Below, in pieces: positions 13,754-26,200 of a DNA stretch of 64,000 bases. Location of the stretch: IMG/VR virus record IMGVR_UViG_3300046171_000138, one strand, 5' to 3'. A model generated the notes under the pieces. The model was not told where the DNA came from and did no database searches. It saw only the letters and a program-made list of their open reading frames with translations. This stretch comes from a virus. Both the position numbers and the translations under genes were made by a program. How positions within the stretch are numbered: position 1 is the first letter of the stretch; each line of letters opens with the position of its first letter.

Positions 13754-14052
13754 TGCCAGCAGGAAGTGGAATCAGTCGAATGAAGGATTTGGAGAGTGGT
13801 CATCAGTGTTGGCCACCTGTACCTGTAATTACTGGTTCATTGAATGTTTTTGTGAATAAGATTGCAGCAGTAAGAGTTGGTGATGTAACTGCAGTTCATG
13901 TATGTGGAAATAAACCACCACATACTGATAAGTGTGTGAAGGGGTCTAAAAGAGTCCGAATCAACAAGATGGATACTATGCGTATAGGTGATCTGTTATC
14001 CTATGGTGCAGTGATGACAGAAGGGTCTCATACGGTATTGGCAGGATTGTAG
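13753..14052 (+). CDS. gp5.4: PAAR-repeat spike-tip protein (T4 gp5.4 homologue)
   Basis: RMKDLESGH.CWPP...GSLNVFVN...VRVGD...H.C...PH...GS..V.IN...RIGD; adjacent to the baseplate wedge genes. Confidence 0.9.
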   Translation: MPAGSGISRMKDLESGHQCWPPVPVITGSLNVFVNKIAAVRVGDVTAVHVCGNKPPHTDKCVKGSKRVRINKMDTMRIGDLLSYGAVMTEGSHTVLAGL

Positions 14053-14057
14053 ATCTG

Positions 14058-14066
14058 TGGTATAAT
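14058..14066 (+). promoter_or_regulatory. Extended -10 sigma70-like promoter
   Basis: TGGTATAAT upstream of ORF 14090. Confidence 0.55.
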
Positions 14067-14089
14067 ACTAGAAGTTCATCATTAGAATA

Positions 14090-14236
14090 ATGGCAAAGTT
14101 TAATCGAGCGTTGACGGGTAATTCGTTCATTGAACCAATTCCCAAGAAGAGTCGTCAAGGCAATGGTAAGAACACCAAGTATGCAGCAACAAGTCGAAAC
14201 AGTGCGAAGAAGCGTTATCGTGGACAGGGTAAGTGA
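14090..14236 (+). CDS. Small highly basic conserved cyanophage protein
   Basis: 48-aa ORF ...PKKSRQGNGKNTKYAATSRNSAKKRYRGQGK, read manually. Confidence 0.75.
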   Translation: MAKFNRALTGNSFIEPIPKKSRQGNGKNTKYAATSRNSAKKRYRGQGK

Positions 14237-14886
14237 ATTTAATTTGCAATCTTCCTGCAGAGAAGGTGTGGGTTCGTAAGGAATACTTACGAGATCATCA
14301 AGACGGGCATGGGGAGTTTGTAGAGGGCGTCTGGGTATGTGCTAAAAGCATACCTGGGCGTGCTTTTTACTTTGAGACATACTTGCCTACATATGGAGCA
14401 ATGTATGACAAGCTACCTATCAGTGCATTTGTAAGATCACCTAAAACACCAGATGTTGATATGAGTCTGGAGAATCTACAATTTTGGAATTGTATGGATT
14501 ATGGGGTAGCATGTATGAACAAGGGATTTGTATCATCAATGGACTGTGAAGTCTTTACAAGAGACCATGGATTGATGAAAGGTCAATACTTGTTTACATT
14601 AGATAACTATCATGCAAACATCGATGTTATAGATAATAATGTAAGTGAGGTGCCACAAGAGCACAAGTCGCATAATTGTATCGCTCTAAACAACGGTCAG
14701 TATGCACTATATCCTAATAATAGAATGCGCTTGTATGACCTCTCTATAACCCCCCAGGACCCTCAATTCCCTGACTTTAAGGTATCCACTATAGAATACC
14801 AAGTAGAGGCAGGAATTGACTGGGGACGCCTAGGAGACACTGACGATTATTTCTGGCAAACACCAAAGGAGAAAGAAAATGGGTAA
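14233..14886 (+). CDS. Conserved T4-like marine phage hypothetical protein
   Basis: VRKEYLRDHQDGHGEF...SIPGRAFYFE...YDKLPISAF...QPNN-like YPNNRM motif; GTG start. Confidence 0.8.
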   Translation: MNLICNLPAEKVWVRKEYLRDHQDGHGEFVEGVWVCAKSIPGRAFYFETYLPTYGAMYDKLPISAFVRSPKTPDVDMSLENLQFWNCMDYGVACMNKGFVSSMDCEVFTRDHGLMKGQYLFTLDNYHANIDVIDNNVSEVPQEHKSHNCIALNNGQYALYPNNRMRLYDLSITPQDPQFPDFKVSTIEYQVEAGIDWGRLGDTDDYFWQTPKEKENG

Positions 14887-15007
14887 TTCACCAACTGATA
14901 AGAGTAAAGATTTTATCAAATCAGGAATGACTCTTATCACTCAAATAGAGTCTGATAGGATCTTAAAAAAGATCAAGACAGAAGATAAGAAAAAGGACCA
15001 TAAATAA
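14879..15007 (+). CDS. Small hypothetical protein
   Basis: 42-aa ORF MGNSPTDKSKDFIKSGMTLIT..., read manually. Confidence 0.55.
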   Translation: MGNSPTDKSKDFIKSGMTLITQIESDRILKKIKTEDKKKDHK

Positions 15008-15025
15008 ACAATAAATCGTGTTATT

Positions 15026-15421
15026 GTGCCCAATCAACAGTCTTTTAAAGATTTAAAGGTTACTATGAAGCCTCATCCAATTACGGGTGACTTACTAGTA
15101 ACTAAAGACGATGCATCTGTTAAGCAGTCAGTTGTTAATCTTATATTGACTACTCCTGGAGAAAGATTCTTCGACGATGAGTTGGGTTGTGGTATTTCTG
15201 AATTACTATTTGAACCACTTGATTTTGGTACAGCGGGTTTGATTGAAGACCAAATCAGAACCACTTTGAGGAAATACGAGTCTAGGGTCACATTGACAGA
15301 TTTGGCAGTTGACCCAAACTTTGATGATAATGCCTTTGACGTTGCTATTGAGTTTATAATTCGTGGTCGTCAAGACGAACCACCTCAAAACGTCAACTTC
15401 CTCTTACAGAGAACCCGATGA
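15026..15421 (+). CDS. gp25: Baseplate wedge subunit gp25 (GPW/gp25 family)
   Basis: SVKQSVVNLILTTPGERFF...GCGISELLFEP...YESRV motif; precedes gp6. Confidence 0.92.
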   Translation: MPNQQSFKDLKVTMKPHPITGDLLVTKDDASVKQSVVNLILTTPGERFFDDELGCGISELLFEPLDFGTAGLIEDQIRTTLRKYESRVTLTDLAVDPNFDDNAFDVAIEFIIRGRQDEPPQNVNFLLQRTR

Positions 15422-17220
15422 AGTACATTCAAGTAAATAATTTAGATTTTGCAGATATCAAGACTGCGCTCAAAGATTACTTAAGAGCGCAGACTGATTT
15501 TGTCGATTTTGATTTTGAAGGGTCTGCCTGGAGTAATTTGCTAGATGTACTAGCATATAATACGTATTACACCGCGTTCAACACGAACATGGTGGCTAAT
15601 GAGTTGTTTTTGGAGTCAGCAACACTCCGTGATAACGTTGTATCTCTTGCGAAACAATTAGGATATAAACCAAAGTCTATTGTTTCTCCGCAAGCAACAG
15701 TTAATTTTCAAGTAAATTTTACAGGAACATACCCAAGTGTCATTACCTTGAAGAAAGGCACGGGATTTGTTACTACATTTGATGATCAGTTATATCGTTT
15801 TGTCGTAATTGATGATTACAAAGCGGGGGTTGTTAACGGTCAAGCAATTTTTGAGAACGTTGTACTCCAAGAAGGTACTCTCATTGAAGAGACTTATACC
15901 AAGTCTACGGTATTAAAAAATCAAAAGTTCATTCTAAAGAACAGTGGTGCGGACACAAGCACACTGCGTGTCAAGGTATTCCCCATCGAGGGAGCATCAG
16001 AGTTTGCATACTACAATCAGATCAACAATATCATTGATATTGGAGCATCTGACAAGATCTATTACGTAGATGAAAACGCTGATGAGCAATATCAACTCTT
16101 TTTTGGTGATGGTGTAGTTGGATCTGCGCTAGAGAATGATAACTTTGTTGAGGTATCATACTTAATTTCTGGTGGTGCTGCAGCAAATGGCGCTAGTGTA
16201 TTTACATTTAGTGGTGTTCTACAGGATAATAACGGTACTGCATACCCACTTACGGTAACTAACATTACAACAGTTTCTGCAGCTGATGGTGGAGCGGGAA
16301 TTGAAAGTATTGATAAGATTAAGTTCAATGCTCCTAAACTATATGCCACACAGAACAGAGCAGTTACTGCAATGGACTATGGTGCTATTGTAAGAGAAAT
16401 TTATCCTGCAGTATCTGACATCATTACATATGGTGGTGAAGAGGAGAGATACCCTGAATTTGGTAAAGTCAAGATTGTCATCAAACCAGATAGTGGTGCT
16501 ACACTTTCTAGTGTGACTAAAAAGCAAATTATTGCTAGATTGAAAGACTATGCTGTAGCATCAGTCACTCCAGAAATCAAGGATCCATCAATCTTGTATC
16601 TAGAACTAGACAGTAGAGTCAGTTTCAATACACGTATTACAAATCAATTCCCTACTGATGTTAAAACTAAAGTCACTAATTCAGTAGAAGAGTATACTAA
16701 ACTATCTGATACCGAGAAATTTAACGGCAAATTTAGATATAGTAAGTATGTTGGAGTAATTGACAACGCTGATCGTTCAGTTACTTCCAACACTACGACA
16801 GTAATGATGAGGAAGGATTTCTATCCACAAATCAATACTACTACTTACTACGAACTTTGTTTCCAGAACCCATTTAAGTTGTCATGTCCTGAAGATGGAC
16901 CTGTTGTTATGTCAACAGGATTCAAGGTCACTGCTTATCCCAATGTTGTCGTTTATTTTGAAGACAGGGATGGTAAAATCGTCCTATATAGATTGGATCC
17001 TGGTACAGGTGAAAAGATTGTCCTGAACGACAATATTGGCGATGTTGATTATGAGGAAGGCGAAATCAAATTATATGATGTAACCATCTTACAGGGAACC
17101 TTCTTTGACAACAGAATCTCGGTTCGAGTGATCCCACGTAACAATGACATCAGTGCATCTAGACACATGTATCTAGATTTAGATGTTGCAAATAGCAAGT
17201 TCGCGGTATATCCAGAGTAA
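15418..17220 (+). CDS. gp6: Baseplate wedge subunit gp6
   Basis: LDFADIK...DFDFEGS...LLDVLAYNTYY...SATLRDNVVSLAKQLGY; QNRAVTAMDY. Confidence 0.95.
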   Translation: MKYIQVNNLDFADIKTALKDYLRAQTDFVDFDFEGSAWSNLLDVLAYNTYYTAFNTNMVANELFLESATLRDNVVSLAKQLGYKPKSIVSPQATVNFQVNFTGTYPSVITLKKGTGFVTTFDDQLYRFVVIDDYKAGVVNGQAIFENVVLQEGTLIEETYTKSTVLKNQKFILKNSGADTSTLRVKVFPIEGASEFAYYNQINNIIDIGASDKIYYVDENADEQYQLFFGDGVVGSALENDNFVEVSYLISGGAAANGASVFTFSGVLQDNNGTAYPLTVTNITTVSAADGGAGIESIDKIKFNAPKLYATQNRAVTAMDYGAIVREIYPAVSDIITYGGEEERYPEFGKVKIVIKPDSGATLSSVTKKQIIARLKDYAVASVTPEIKDPSILYLELDSRVSFNTRITNQFPTDVKTKVTNSVEEYTKLSDTEKFNGKFRYSKYVGVIDNADRSVTSNTTTVMMRKDFYPQINTTTYYELCFQNPFKLSCPEDGPVVMSTGFKVTAYPNVVVYFEDRDGKIVLYRLDPGTGEKIVLNDNIGDVDYEEGEIKLYDVTILQGTFFDNRISVRVIPRNNDISASRHMYLDLDVANSKFAVYPE

Positions 17221-17223
17221 TAG

Positions 17224-20200
17224 ATGAGTACACAGATTTCGGCTCTAATTGAAGACCAACTTCCTGGGTTTATTGTTTCTGAATACGAAAACTTTTCGAG
17301 TATTTTAGAAGCATACTATCGACAACAGGAATCGGTCGGTCAACCTCTTGATATCATCAGCAACATTACGAAATATCGTGATGTTGATTTTTATGAGAAG
17401 AATTTACTGAAAGAATCTACTACAGTTGCTTTGACTGTAAATGCATCCTCCACGACTTTGGTAGTCGCTGATGCTAGTTCATTTCCAGAGAAGAACGGAT
17501 ATATTAGAGTTGGAACAGAAATCTGTTTCTACAAAGAGAGAACAGATACAGAATTTTTAGATGTCTCTAGAGGAGTGAGTGGTACAACCATTCTCGGAGA
17601 CCTACACAATGAGTCCACATTTGTGTCTACATCAGCAGTAGACCACTATGTTGGTGAAGATGTACATAACTTAAGTCATCTGTTCTTGTATGCCTTTGTA
17701 AGGGCATTTGAGCGAGAGTACCTAGTTAACTTCCCAGAAGCATACTTGAAGGATGATGTAGACAAGAGACTCCTAATCAAGAACATTGGAGACTTCTACA
17801 AAACTAAAGGTGGCAACAAATCTATCAGATTCATCTTCAATACTATTGTATCAAAGAGATCTGATGATATTCCAACTACATACTTTCCAAAAGATAGCAC
17901 AGTAAAGGTATCGGAATCTGATTGGTCTGCTGTATTTGCAGTACAAGCAATCGTTTTGAGTGGTGATGCCAATAAATTGATTGGTAAGACTATTATCCAG
18001 CAAGAGGATAAGAATTCTATTGGATCTTCATATGCATCTGCTAATGTAGAGAATATAATCCAAATTGGTAAAGTAGGAGACTATGGTCTTTATAATTTAA
18101 TTATCGACCCTGTTTCTGTAAATGGCAATTTTAACATCCCCCAAAAGACAGTGCTGGACAGGGTTTTGGGGACCTCTCTTACAACTAACGATACAATCAC
18201 TGTAGACTCTACTTTAGGTTGGAGCTCCCAAGAAGGGTTTGTGCAGATCAATGGTGAGATCATTGAGTACGAAGGAAAAACAGCACGACAGTTTGTTATC
18301 AAAGAACGTGGAACTGTCACGAGAATTCACAATGTCGGTGACATTGTAACTAGTTACTCTAATGTAAGAAGTGACGATGTTAGTTTGCTTCTATATGGTA
18401 TTCTAACAAAACTTTCTCCAGATGTAGTATATCCTTACTCACAAACAGGAGATAAGATTCAGATTTCTAAACCTGGATTTGAAACTAGAAATACCATCAT
18501 TTATGACGAATCATCTAGATCTGTAAGGTGGAAAGTAAATACCACAGGTGCTTATGCTTCGGTTCCTCTTAATCCTGGTGTAGGTCTCCCACTTCAAAAA
18601 TATTTGGCTGATGTCAGTGCTGTCTATCAAGACGGTCAGTATTACTATATTGCTACTTCCTCATATCCATCTACACCTATTCTTACTGGTCAAGATCAAC
18701 CTAACTTGGTTGATGGAAATCAACTCAAGCTTATTCCCAAAACTACTAGTACGACCACTGAAGTCTATAAAACCCCATTTAGAGACATCGGTGTATTTGT
18801 AGACGGTAGTATTGCTTTTGGATATAAAAGCGAGGATCAGATTGCATATGGCAACATCCAATCTTACACATTGACCTCCAGAGGTTCTGGATACACAAAA
18901 CCTCCTTTTGTTCTTATTAATGGTGAAGAGCAACTAGCTTTGTCAACTTTAGTCGGTGATACTGTAAACTCTGTATTTACTCGTCTCGATAAGAATTATA
19001 CAGCAGATCCTCTAGTAGAAATTGTTAGTGGACGAAATGGTGTAGCAGAAGCTATTGTAACTTCTGGAGAAATTACTAGTATTCGTCTAATTAATGCTGG
19101 AGAATATTATTCAGCACCCCCAGTTGTTGTTATTACCGATTTGGCAGGAAAAGGTAGATTTGCAGAATTTAGAGCGACTGTTGATACCAAAGGTAAGATT
19201 ACTGGATTTGAACAAGTTGATGGTGGTAAATTCTATACTCAAGAGAATGTACGAGTACAAATTGTAGAAGAGGCAAGAAACAATCCTGCAGCAGCAACTG
19301 CCACGATTTACAGGTGGGTAAAAGACCGATATTTTAATAATTCTAATTTCATTGATGATAACGGTGGTCTTGCAATAAAAGACCTCATAGAAAATGAATT
19401 TTACTATGGTGTGGTTGCAAACCCCAAACGTCTTCGTTTTAGACTAGGGGACAATTTAACACCAACTCAATTCCAAGAGACTCCTACTTTAACACACTCG
19501 CCCATCCTAGGTTATGCCTATGATGGCAATCCGATTTACGGTCCTTACGGTTACAGCAACCCACTATCTGATCAATCTTCTATTGCAAGGATGAATAGTG
19601 GATATCAGCTTAAATCCAGTCGAACTGATGGTCCAGTAGACGCTCCATATGACATGGGAACGTTTGTAGATGACTATGAATGGATTGCTACTGTTGATAC
19701 TGGTAAGACTCGTCTTGATGTTAATAATGGTAGATTCTGTGTAACACCAGAATATCCACAAGGTACATATGCATACTTTGTGACTATTGATGCTACTAAT
19801 ACTCCTGCGTACCCTTATATCCTTGGAGAGAACTTCTATTCTCTACCAGTTAGGTCTAACTACGAAAGTAAAGTAACTCAAAGATCTATTCCCATCACAT
19901 CTGAACGTTTATTCATTCCAGGAACGTTGAAGAATGGTTCTGAAGAAATTGCGTATATTGATACTGTAAGTAAAGGATTTGTTAATACAGTAGATATTGA
20001 AGATTCTCAACCTACGTTCCAAATTGGATCAAGAATATATGTAGATGACAGTGGCACTGGTGGATCTGGTGCTGCTGGTATTGTTGCATCTACATTTGGT
20101 AAGACTGTCTCTGGTATTGAGTCTAAAGAGACCAAAGCAGCTCTATTGACATCTCTTTCTAGCTTCTTTGCATTTGAGGGTGATATTATCACTCAAGAAA

Positions 20201-23200
20201 CTACAGGTGCAACTGGTGAAGTTATTAGAGACATTTCAGAAGAAAATGAAATTGGTGTCAGAAATATCACTGGATCTTTCGAGTCTGGATATGAAATCAA
20301 TTCTTCTACTCAAGTAATCAATTTACTACTATCTCAAAACAGTTCTTACACTTTAGGAGAAACTCTTGCTTTAGTTCTATTTGAGGATCCAACAACAGAG
20401 ATTGCTACTGGAGAAATCCTAAATCAAACTATTGACCAAAATTCAGTTCGTCTGAAGGTTACGAGTGGTGATTTTGCTGATTATCTCAATTATAATGAAG
20501 GTGAAGTAATTCTTAAAAGTTCTGACCTAGGTAATACTGCAGGAACAGAGATTGTAATTATCAATCAATTGAGTAGAGATATTAATATTACTGATGTTGA
20601 TGAGTCTATTGCTATTCTAGAAACAACTGAAAATCATGACTTTGGTACTGGAGATATTATTAATATCACAGTAGATCCTGATCCTGCTACTACAGAGACA
20701 ACTTATTATGTAACGAAGAAAAAGTTTCAAGAGATCACTTTACTTCCAAATGAATATAGTGCAAAGGTTGATGATACTGGTGTTGGTGAGTCTACTGTAC
20801 TTGGTTTAGGTAAAGATTACATTTCTGGGGAGTATACTGATGTCCCTCTTGTATTTGCTAATTCTGCTTTGTCGAGATCTGACGTAGTAGCAGCAAAGGC
20901 ATCTGTAAGTGTAGATACTGCTAATTTTGATAATAGCGGTAATATTGGTAATATTACCATCACTAGTGCTGGTGCAAATTATAAAGCAGACGATATCTTA
21001 ACAATTGATCCATCTGCTATTGCTAAAGTAGATGCAGCTGATTCAGACATCTCTCCGATTCTATCGATGGTGTATTTGAATCAAACAGAAGTTGATTCTT
21101 ATGCACAGAAAAGATTCTTCGTTGCTGAAGCAGATTATCCAACTGTTGTAACAGCACTGGGCACTCCTGGCGGATTCTTCCAAAATGATTCTGGTGGCAC
21201 TAATCTCATCTATATTTCTAAAGATGATGCAAATTTTTCCATCACTTACTTTGTTGCTGATACTGAAGGTGAAGATTTAACTACTTCAGATACTATTAGT
21301 GGTGTTGCAATTACTAGTGTTGACATATACAGCCCTCCAGGTAGTCTTAAACCCCAATACAGATTTGAAGATGATCAAGGTGAGCGAAACCCAGATTATG
21401 AAATACGAGTAGGATCTACTCTTACTTTACAACCAATGCCTGGTCATGCAGTGCATGTTGTATCTGACATTGAGTTGGGACTCAAAGATGATGGTCGTGC
21501 TCAATTTACTGTCGATTATACAGTTGCTGCTGGTGTTACTAACAGTGGATCTGTAACAGATCCTATTGTCTTTGTACCTACAGTTCCTGGTGTATATCAA
21601 TATGTCTGTGTAACTCATCCAGAAGCTCGTGGAACTATCACAGTGTATCCTGCACCAAGTGCTGCTGGTCCACTAATTAACGTTGATGCTGTTGGTTTTG
21701 GTGTTGATAGAACAGACGTAAACGTTACTAATACTTTTGCAGCATCAGTTGACGATCTTGTATCTATTGGTAACGAAATTATTAAAATTACTGCTGTAGA
21801 TACAGATAATAAAAATATTTCGGTAGCAAGAGCTCAAGAAGGAACTATTAAAGTTAACCATTCTAATGATAAAGAATTAGTATCTTATTTGCCGAATTAC
21901 CGATTTGCAGAGGGTACAAGAATTGGAACTGGCGTCAATGCACCAGTAGTTGTTTCTTACAATAAGGAAACTAAAAAACTAATTGTCAACTGGGATTACA
22001 ATGCAACTAGTCCTGTTGCTTTGACTACAGTATCTTCAATTGTTGATACCAGTAGTCCACAAAAAATCGTTACTGTCGGTTCAGTAGGTGATGTTGTTGA
22101 TAAGCTTCTATTCTCTACAGATAACACAAGTTTCCTCACTAATCCTATTGTAGATATTCAAAAGTATTATTTCTACAAGTTTGATGTAAGTCATCCTTCG
22201 ATGTTGAACTCTTACCTTGATATTTCAACCAGTCCAAACTTCAATGTCTTTACTGAAGAAAAAGAAGTTGGTTTGAATGAACCTGGTAATGCTGGTGCGT
22301 TTGTGAGAATTAGACTTGGATATGGCGCAAACATTGGAGAACAAACAAGAAAAGATGTTAACTTCACAAGTTACTACTATTTCTTGACTTCTTCCACAAC
22401 TGATACTGAAGGATCTTATCTTCGTATTGTTGATGACCCTCTATCGGGTAGAAAAGAAGTTGCATATACCACAGACAAAAAAGTTGTCTACAAACTTTCT
22501 GATGTTCCTCAATATGATGGAACTGGAGAGATTAGATATACAGGTAGGTCAGTTGGTAAGATTCATTCTATCAAATTAGACAATCTTGGATCTGAATATG
22601 ATAAGTTGCCAATTATTAAAGGTGTAGTCCCTGCAGATGGATACAAAGCAGTCGTTACTGCTATTAGGGATATAGCCACTAATAACATTATTTCAATTGA
22701 TATTGTTACTCCAGGTCAAGGATATTCCAAACCAGAAGTTGTTGTTGCTTCTGGTCTAGGAAGTGGTCTTAAAGCAATTGCTGATGTAAAGGATGGTATC
22801 ATCACTCAAGTTAGAATTACTGATCCTGGTAATTATACCACCACACCAGAACTAGAAATTATTGAAACAGACAATAAGATGTTTTTTGTGTCTGATAATA
22901 TTGGTCGTCCACAAAACGTTAATTTTGTAAGAAATGGATCTGGATTCCATAGTGATAGTACGATTAGATCAAATTACTATTCACCTAATGTTTTTATTCT
23001 TGATAGCTTTGATTTAGATGCATTTAGACCTGGCGAAACTATTGAACAGAAAGTAAATGGTATTATTGTTGCTCAAGGCATAGTTGCTCAAAATGGATGG
23101 AGAGTAGGATCTAATATTCTACGTTTGGAAGATATTGTCGGTGTTTTTAAAGAGGGACAGACTATCATTGGAAAGAGTAGAAAGAAAACTGCTCGTATCA

Positions 23201-26200
23201 AGACAATCAGTAGATCTTCGTTTATTCCTAACATTGTTACTAGAGAAAAAACAATTGGTAGATTTACTTCCGACAGAGGAAAGGTAAGTTCTAGCAATCA
23301 AAGAATCCATGATTCTAATTTCTATCAAGATTATTCCTATGTTGTTAGATCTAGGACACCAATCAACCAGTGGCGTGATGTAATTAAGGATACCACACAT
23401 CCAGCTGGATTTAAGATGTTTGGTGAAGTCTATTTGGAATCTGAAGGTGTATCTAATATGCCTTCTAGTCAAAAAGCATTTAAGTCCACCATGTATTTGT
23501 GTGGTCCTCCTCTTGCAGTTTCTTCTTTGTCTACAAAGAGAACTATCCAGCAACAGGTAATTAAAGTAAAAGACTCTAGAGTTGTTAGAGGCGAAGGATC
23601 AGTTTCTGTATCCGATTTTGACGAAACTCTTACCAGAGTAAGAGAACTTAAGTTGTCTCCTGCTTTTGACGGTAGATATGACCCACAGACTGGTCTGAAA
23701 ATTGGCAACAAACAGTTTACCATTACTGATGCTGCAACTGGCACTGCATACACACCATATAATGAGCAAGAAATTTTAATGACCATTGATGGCATTGCAC
23801 AAAGACCAGGATATTCTTTTAAAGTAGTAGGTAATCAACTTTCCTTCTTTGAACCACCACTTGGTCCAAGAGTTACCGAAGATCAGCTTGTTCCCCCACA
23901 GAATGCATATATTAGAGCATTTAAGTTCAGAGAAGATACAGATAATGCACGTTATCTAAAGCGTTTAAAAAATATTGCAGATTCTTTCGATGGCAGAACT
24001 AGAATCTTTGATTTGAACTGGGAAGATGGTAGTGTTGTAAAAACACAGGTCAACGAAGACTTGTTTGTATATCTTGATGGAGTATTGCAGCAAGGTTCTT
24101 ATGAGATCAGAAGATTTTCGAGTGCAAACAAAACAGATCGTATCGCTTTTGTCAAAGCACCCAAAAACTACAAAGATCTTTATGATGCAGATGCTTTTCC
24201 ACAAGAACTGCAGAACGAAACATATTTTTATGGATTTGGTGTAGGTCTATACGAAAGACTTGGTATCGACAAGAGAATAGTTCCTTATACTCAAAACAAT
24301 CAATACCTAATCTATGACTCAAACAATAATGTAAAAACTATTGACAATCCATTATATGCATATGTTTATGTGGATGGCGTTCTCCAAAAGCAAGATCTGT
24401 CATACAAGATCAATGGAGCTTCAATTACTTTTATGCAACCATTGGAATATTCGGAACAGGCAGATGGATCTTATACTTGTGCAAGAGTAGATATTATCCG
24501 TTTGTATGGTAAGAACTATCAATCTACTCTTAATATCTTTAATTATGAACAGGATGCTTTCTATAACAGAGCAACTGTAACTTTTGATGGCGTAGGTACA
24601 TATGATACCATGTCTTCTTGGTATGTTTTAAATACTAGTGATAGAACTAGTGTTGTTCAAGGAGATAGAGTTTGGGGTGAACTTATCAGTATCCAAAAGG
24701 GCACTGGAAATCAATGGATTGCTGTATTAAAATCACAAAATATTGATTTTGTTGCTGGATCTGATGTCACTTTTGATAGATTTGATGGAGATCCTTTGAC
24801 AATTAGTTTTACAGACTTCTCAATTGCATATACAACAAATGTTGCTGGAGAACGTATTCTCAATCGTGTAGAAGCTAACTATATTCCTTTCTTGCCTACT
24901 AATGATTCTTTTGATAGTTATGACTATCGTGGTGAGATTCTGAAAGAGCATCCAACTCTCCGTAGAGGAGATAAGATCATGATTGACGGTGAAAGTGAAT
25001 ATCGTAATATTATTAGTTCTCCACTTTTTGCCAAAACAACTGATTATCGTAAAGGCGGTAATGCTTCTGCTAACTTCTTTGCTAAAGTTGCTTCTTCTGA
25101 TTATAACGGAGATGTTCTTGGTGAAGGTCTGTCAGTTACAACAACCATTGATACTGGTAAGGTAACCTCTTTGAATTGGAATAGGAGGGAACTAACATAT
25201 TTCTTCCAAAATAGTATTCTTATCAATCCTACTGCCTATAACTATAATACCCCACCAGTATTAAACTTCATTCCTACGAATGGTGAGGGTGGCGGTGCTA
25301 GAGCACAAGTTTTGGTATATGGTGGTCAAATTATTGACATCATTTTAGTAGATGGTGGTTCTGGATATACTGCTCCTCCAAGAGTTGTTATTTCTAGAGG
25401 ATATAATATTCTTCGTGAAAATAACCATCCAGAATTTTCTTTAATTAGAACTATTTTTGGAGGTCAAGGTGAAGGGTTGAATGCAACTATTCAAACTACA
25501 TCATCTGTTATTGATCTATATCGACGTAACTTGCTTGAGCATGTTGCTATTATACAATCTCCTAATCCTCTTGGAACCGCGAGATTGATTGGTAGGAGAA
25601 TGGATTTAGTTACTCCTGAAATTGGAATGGGAATCCCATCCGAGCAGGATATTATTAAACGTATTCAATGTGTTGTAGCAACACAATCACCTGCTGCTAT
25701 TGAGCAACCAACTTTTATTAGAGTGTTCCTTGAAGTAGAGGATATTGGATTTGCATCATTCCGAGCAGATAAGACCAGATATTTTAATTCTGGTGTTATT
25801 GCCTTGGATGAAAATCCAGTTACTTATCCACAATTCTACTCACAAGGTAAATTGGGAGGTACTGTAGCTTCCTTTATTGATTACTTGTACATAGATGTTG
25901 GTTATGCAAATGTATCAGGTATTACTCTTGAGCAACTTGAATTGACATATACACAATTCAAGGGTATCAGCGAAGGTGTTGATACTTGGATGGATAATAT
26001 GGCATTGAATAATACATCACTAACAACTGATGGAACTCTATTCAATCCTGGAATTCCATCTATCCAAGAGCTGATGTCTTATCTAGATGCACCGTTGACT
26101 GCATCTTCTATTGTAATCTATATTCCAGATACCACTAATTTCCCTGATAGTGGTAAATTACTTGTCGGTAAAGAACTTGTAACCTACACATCTAAATTAT

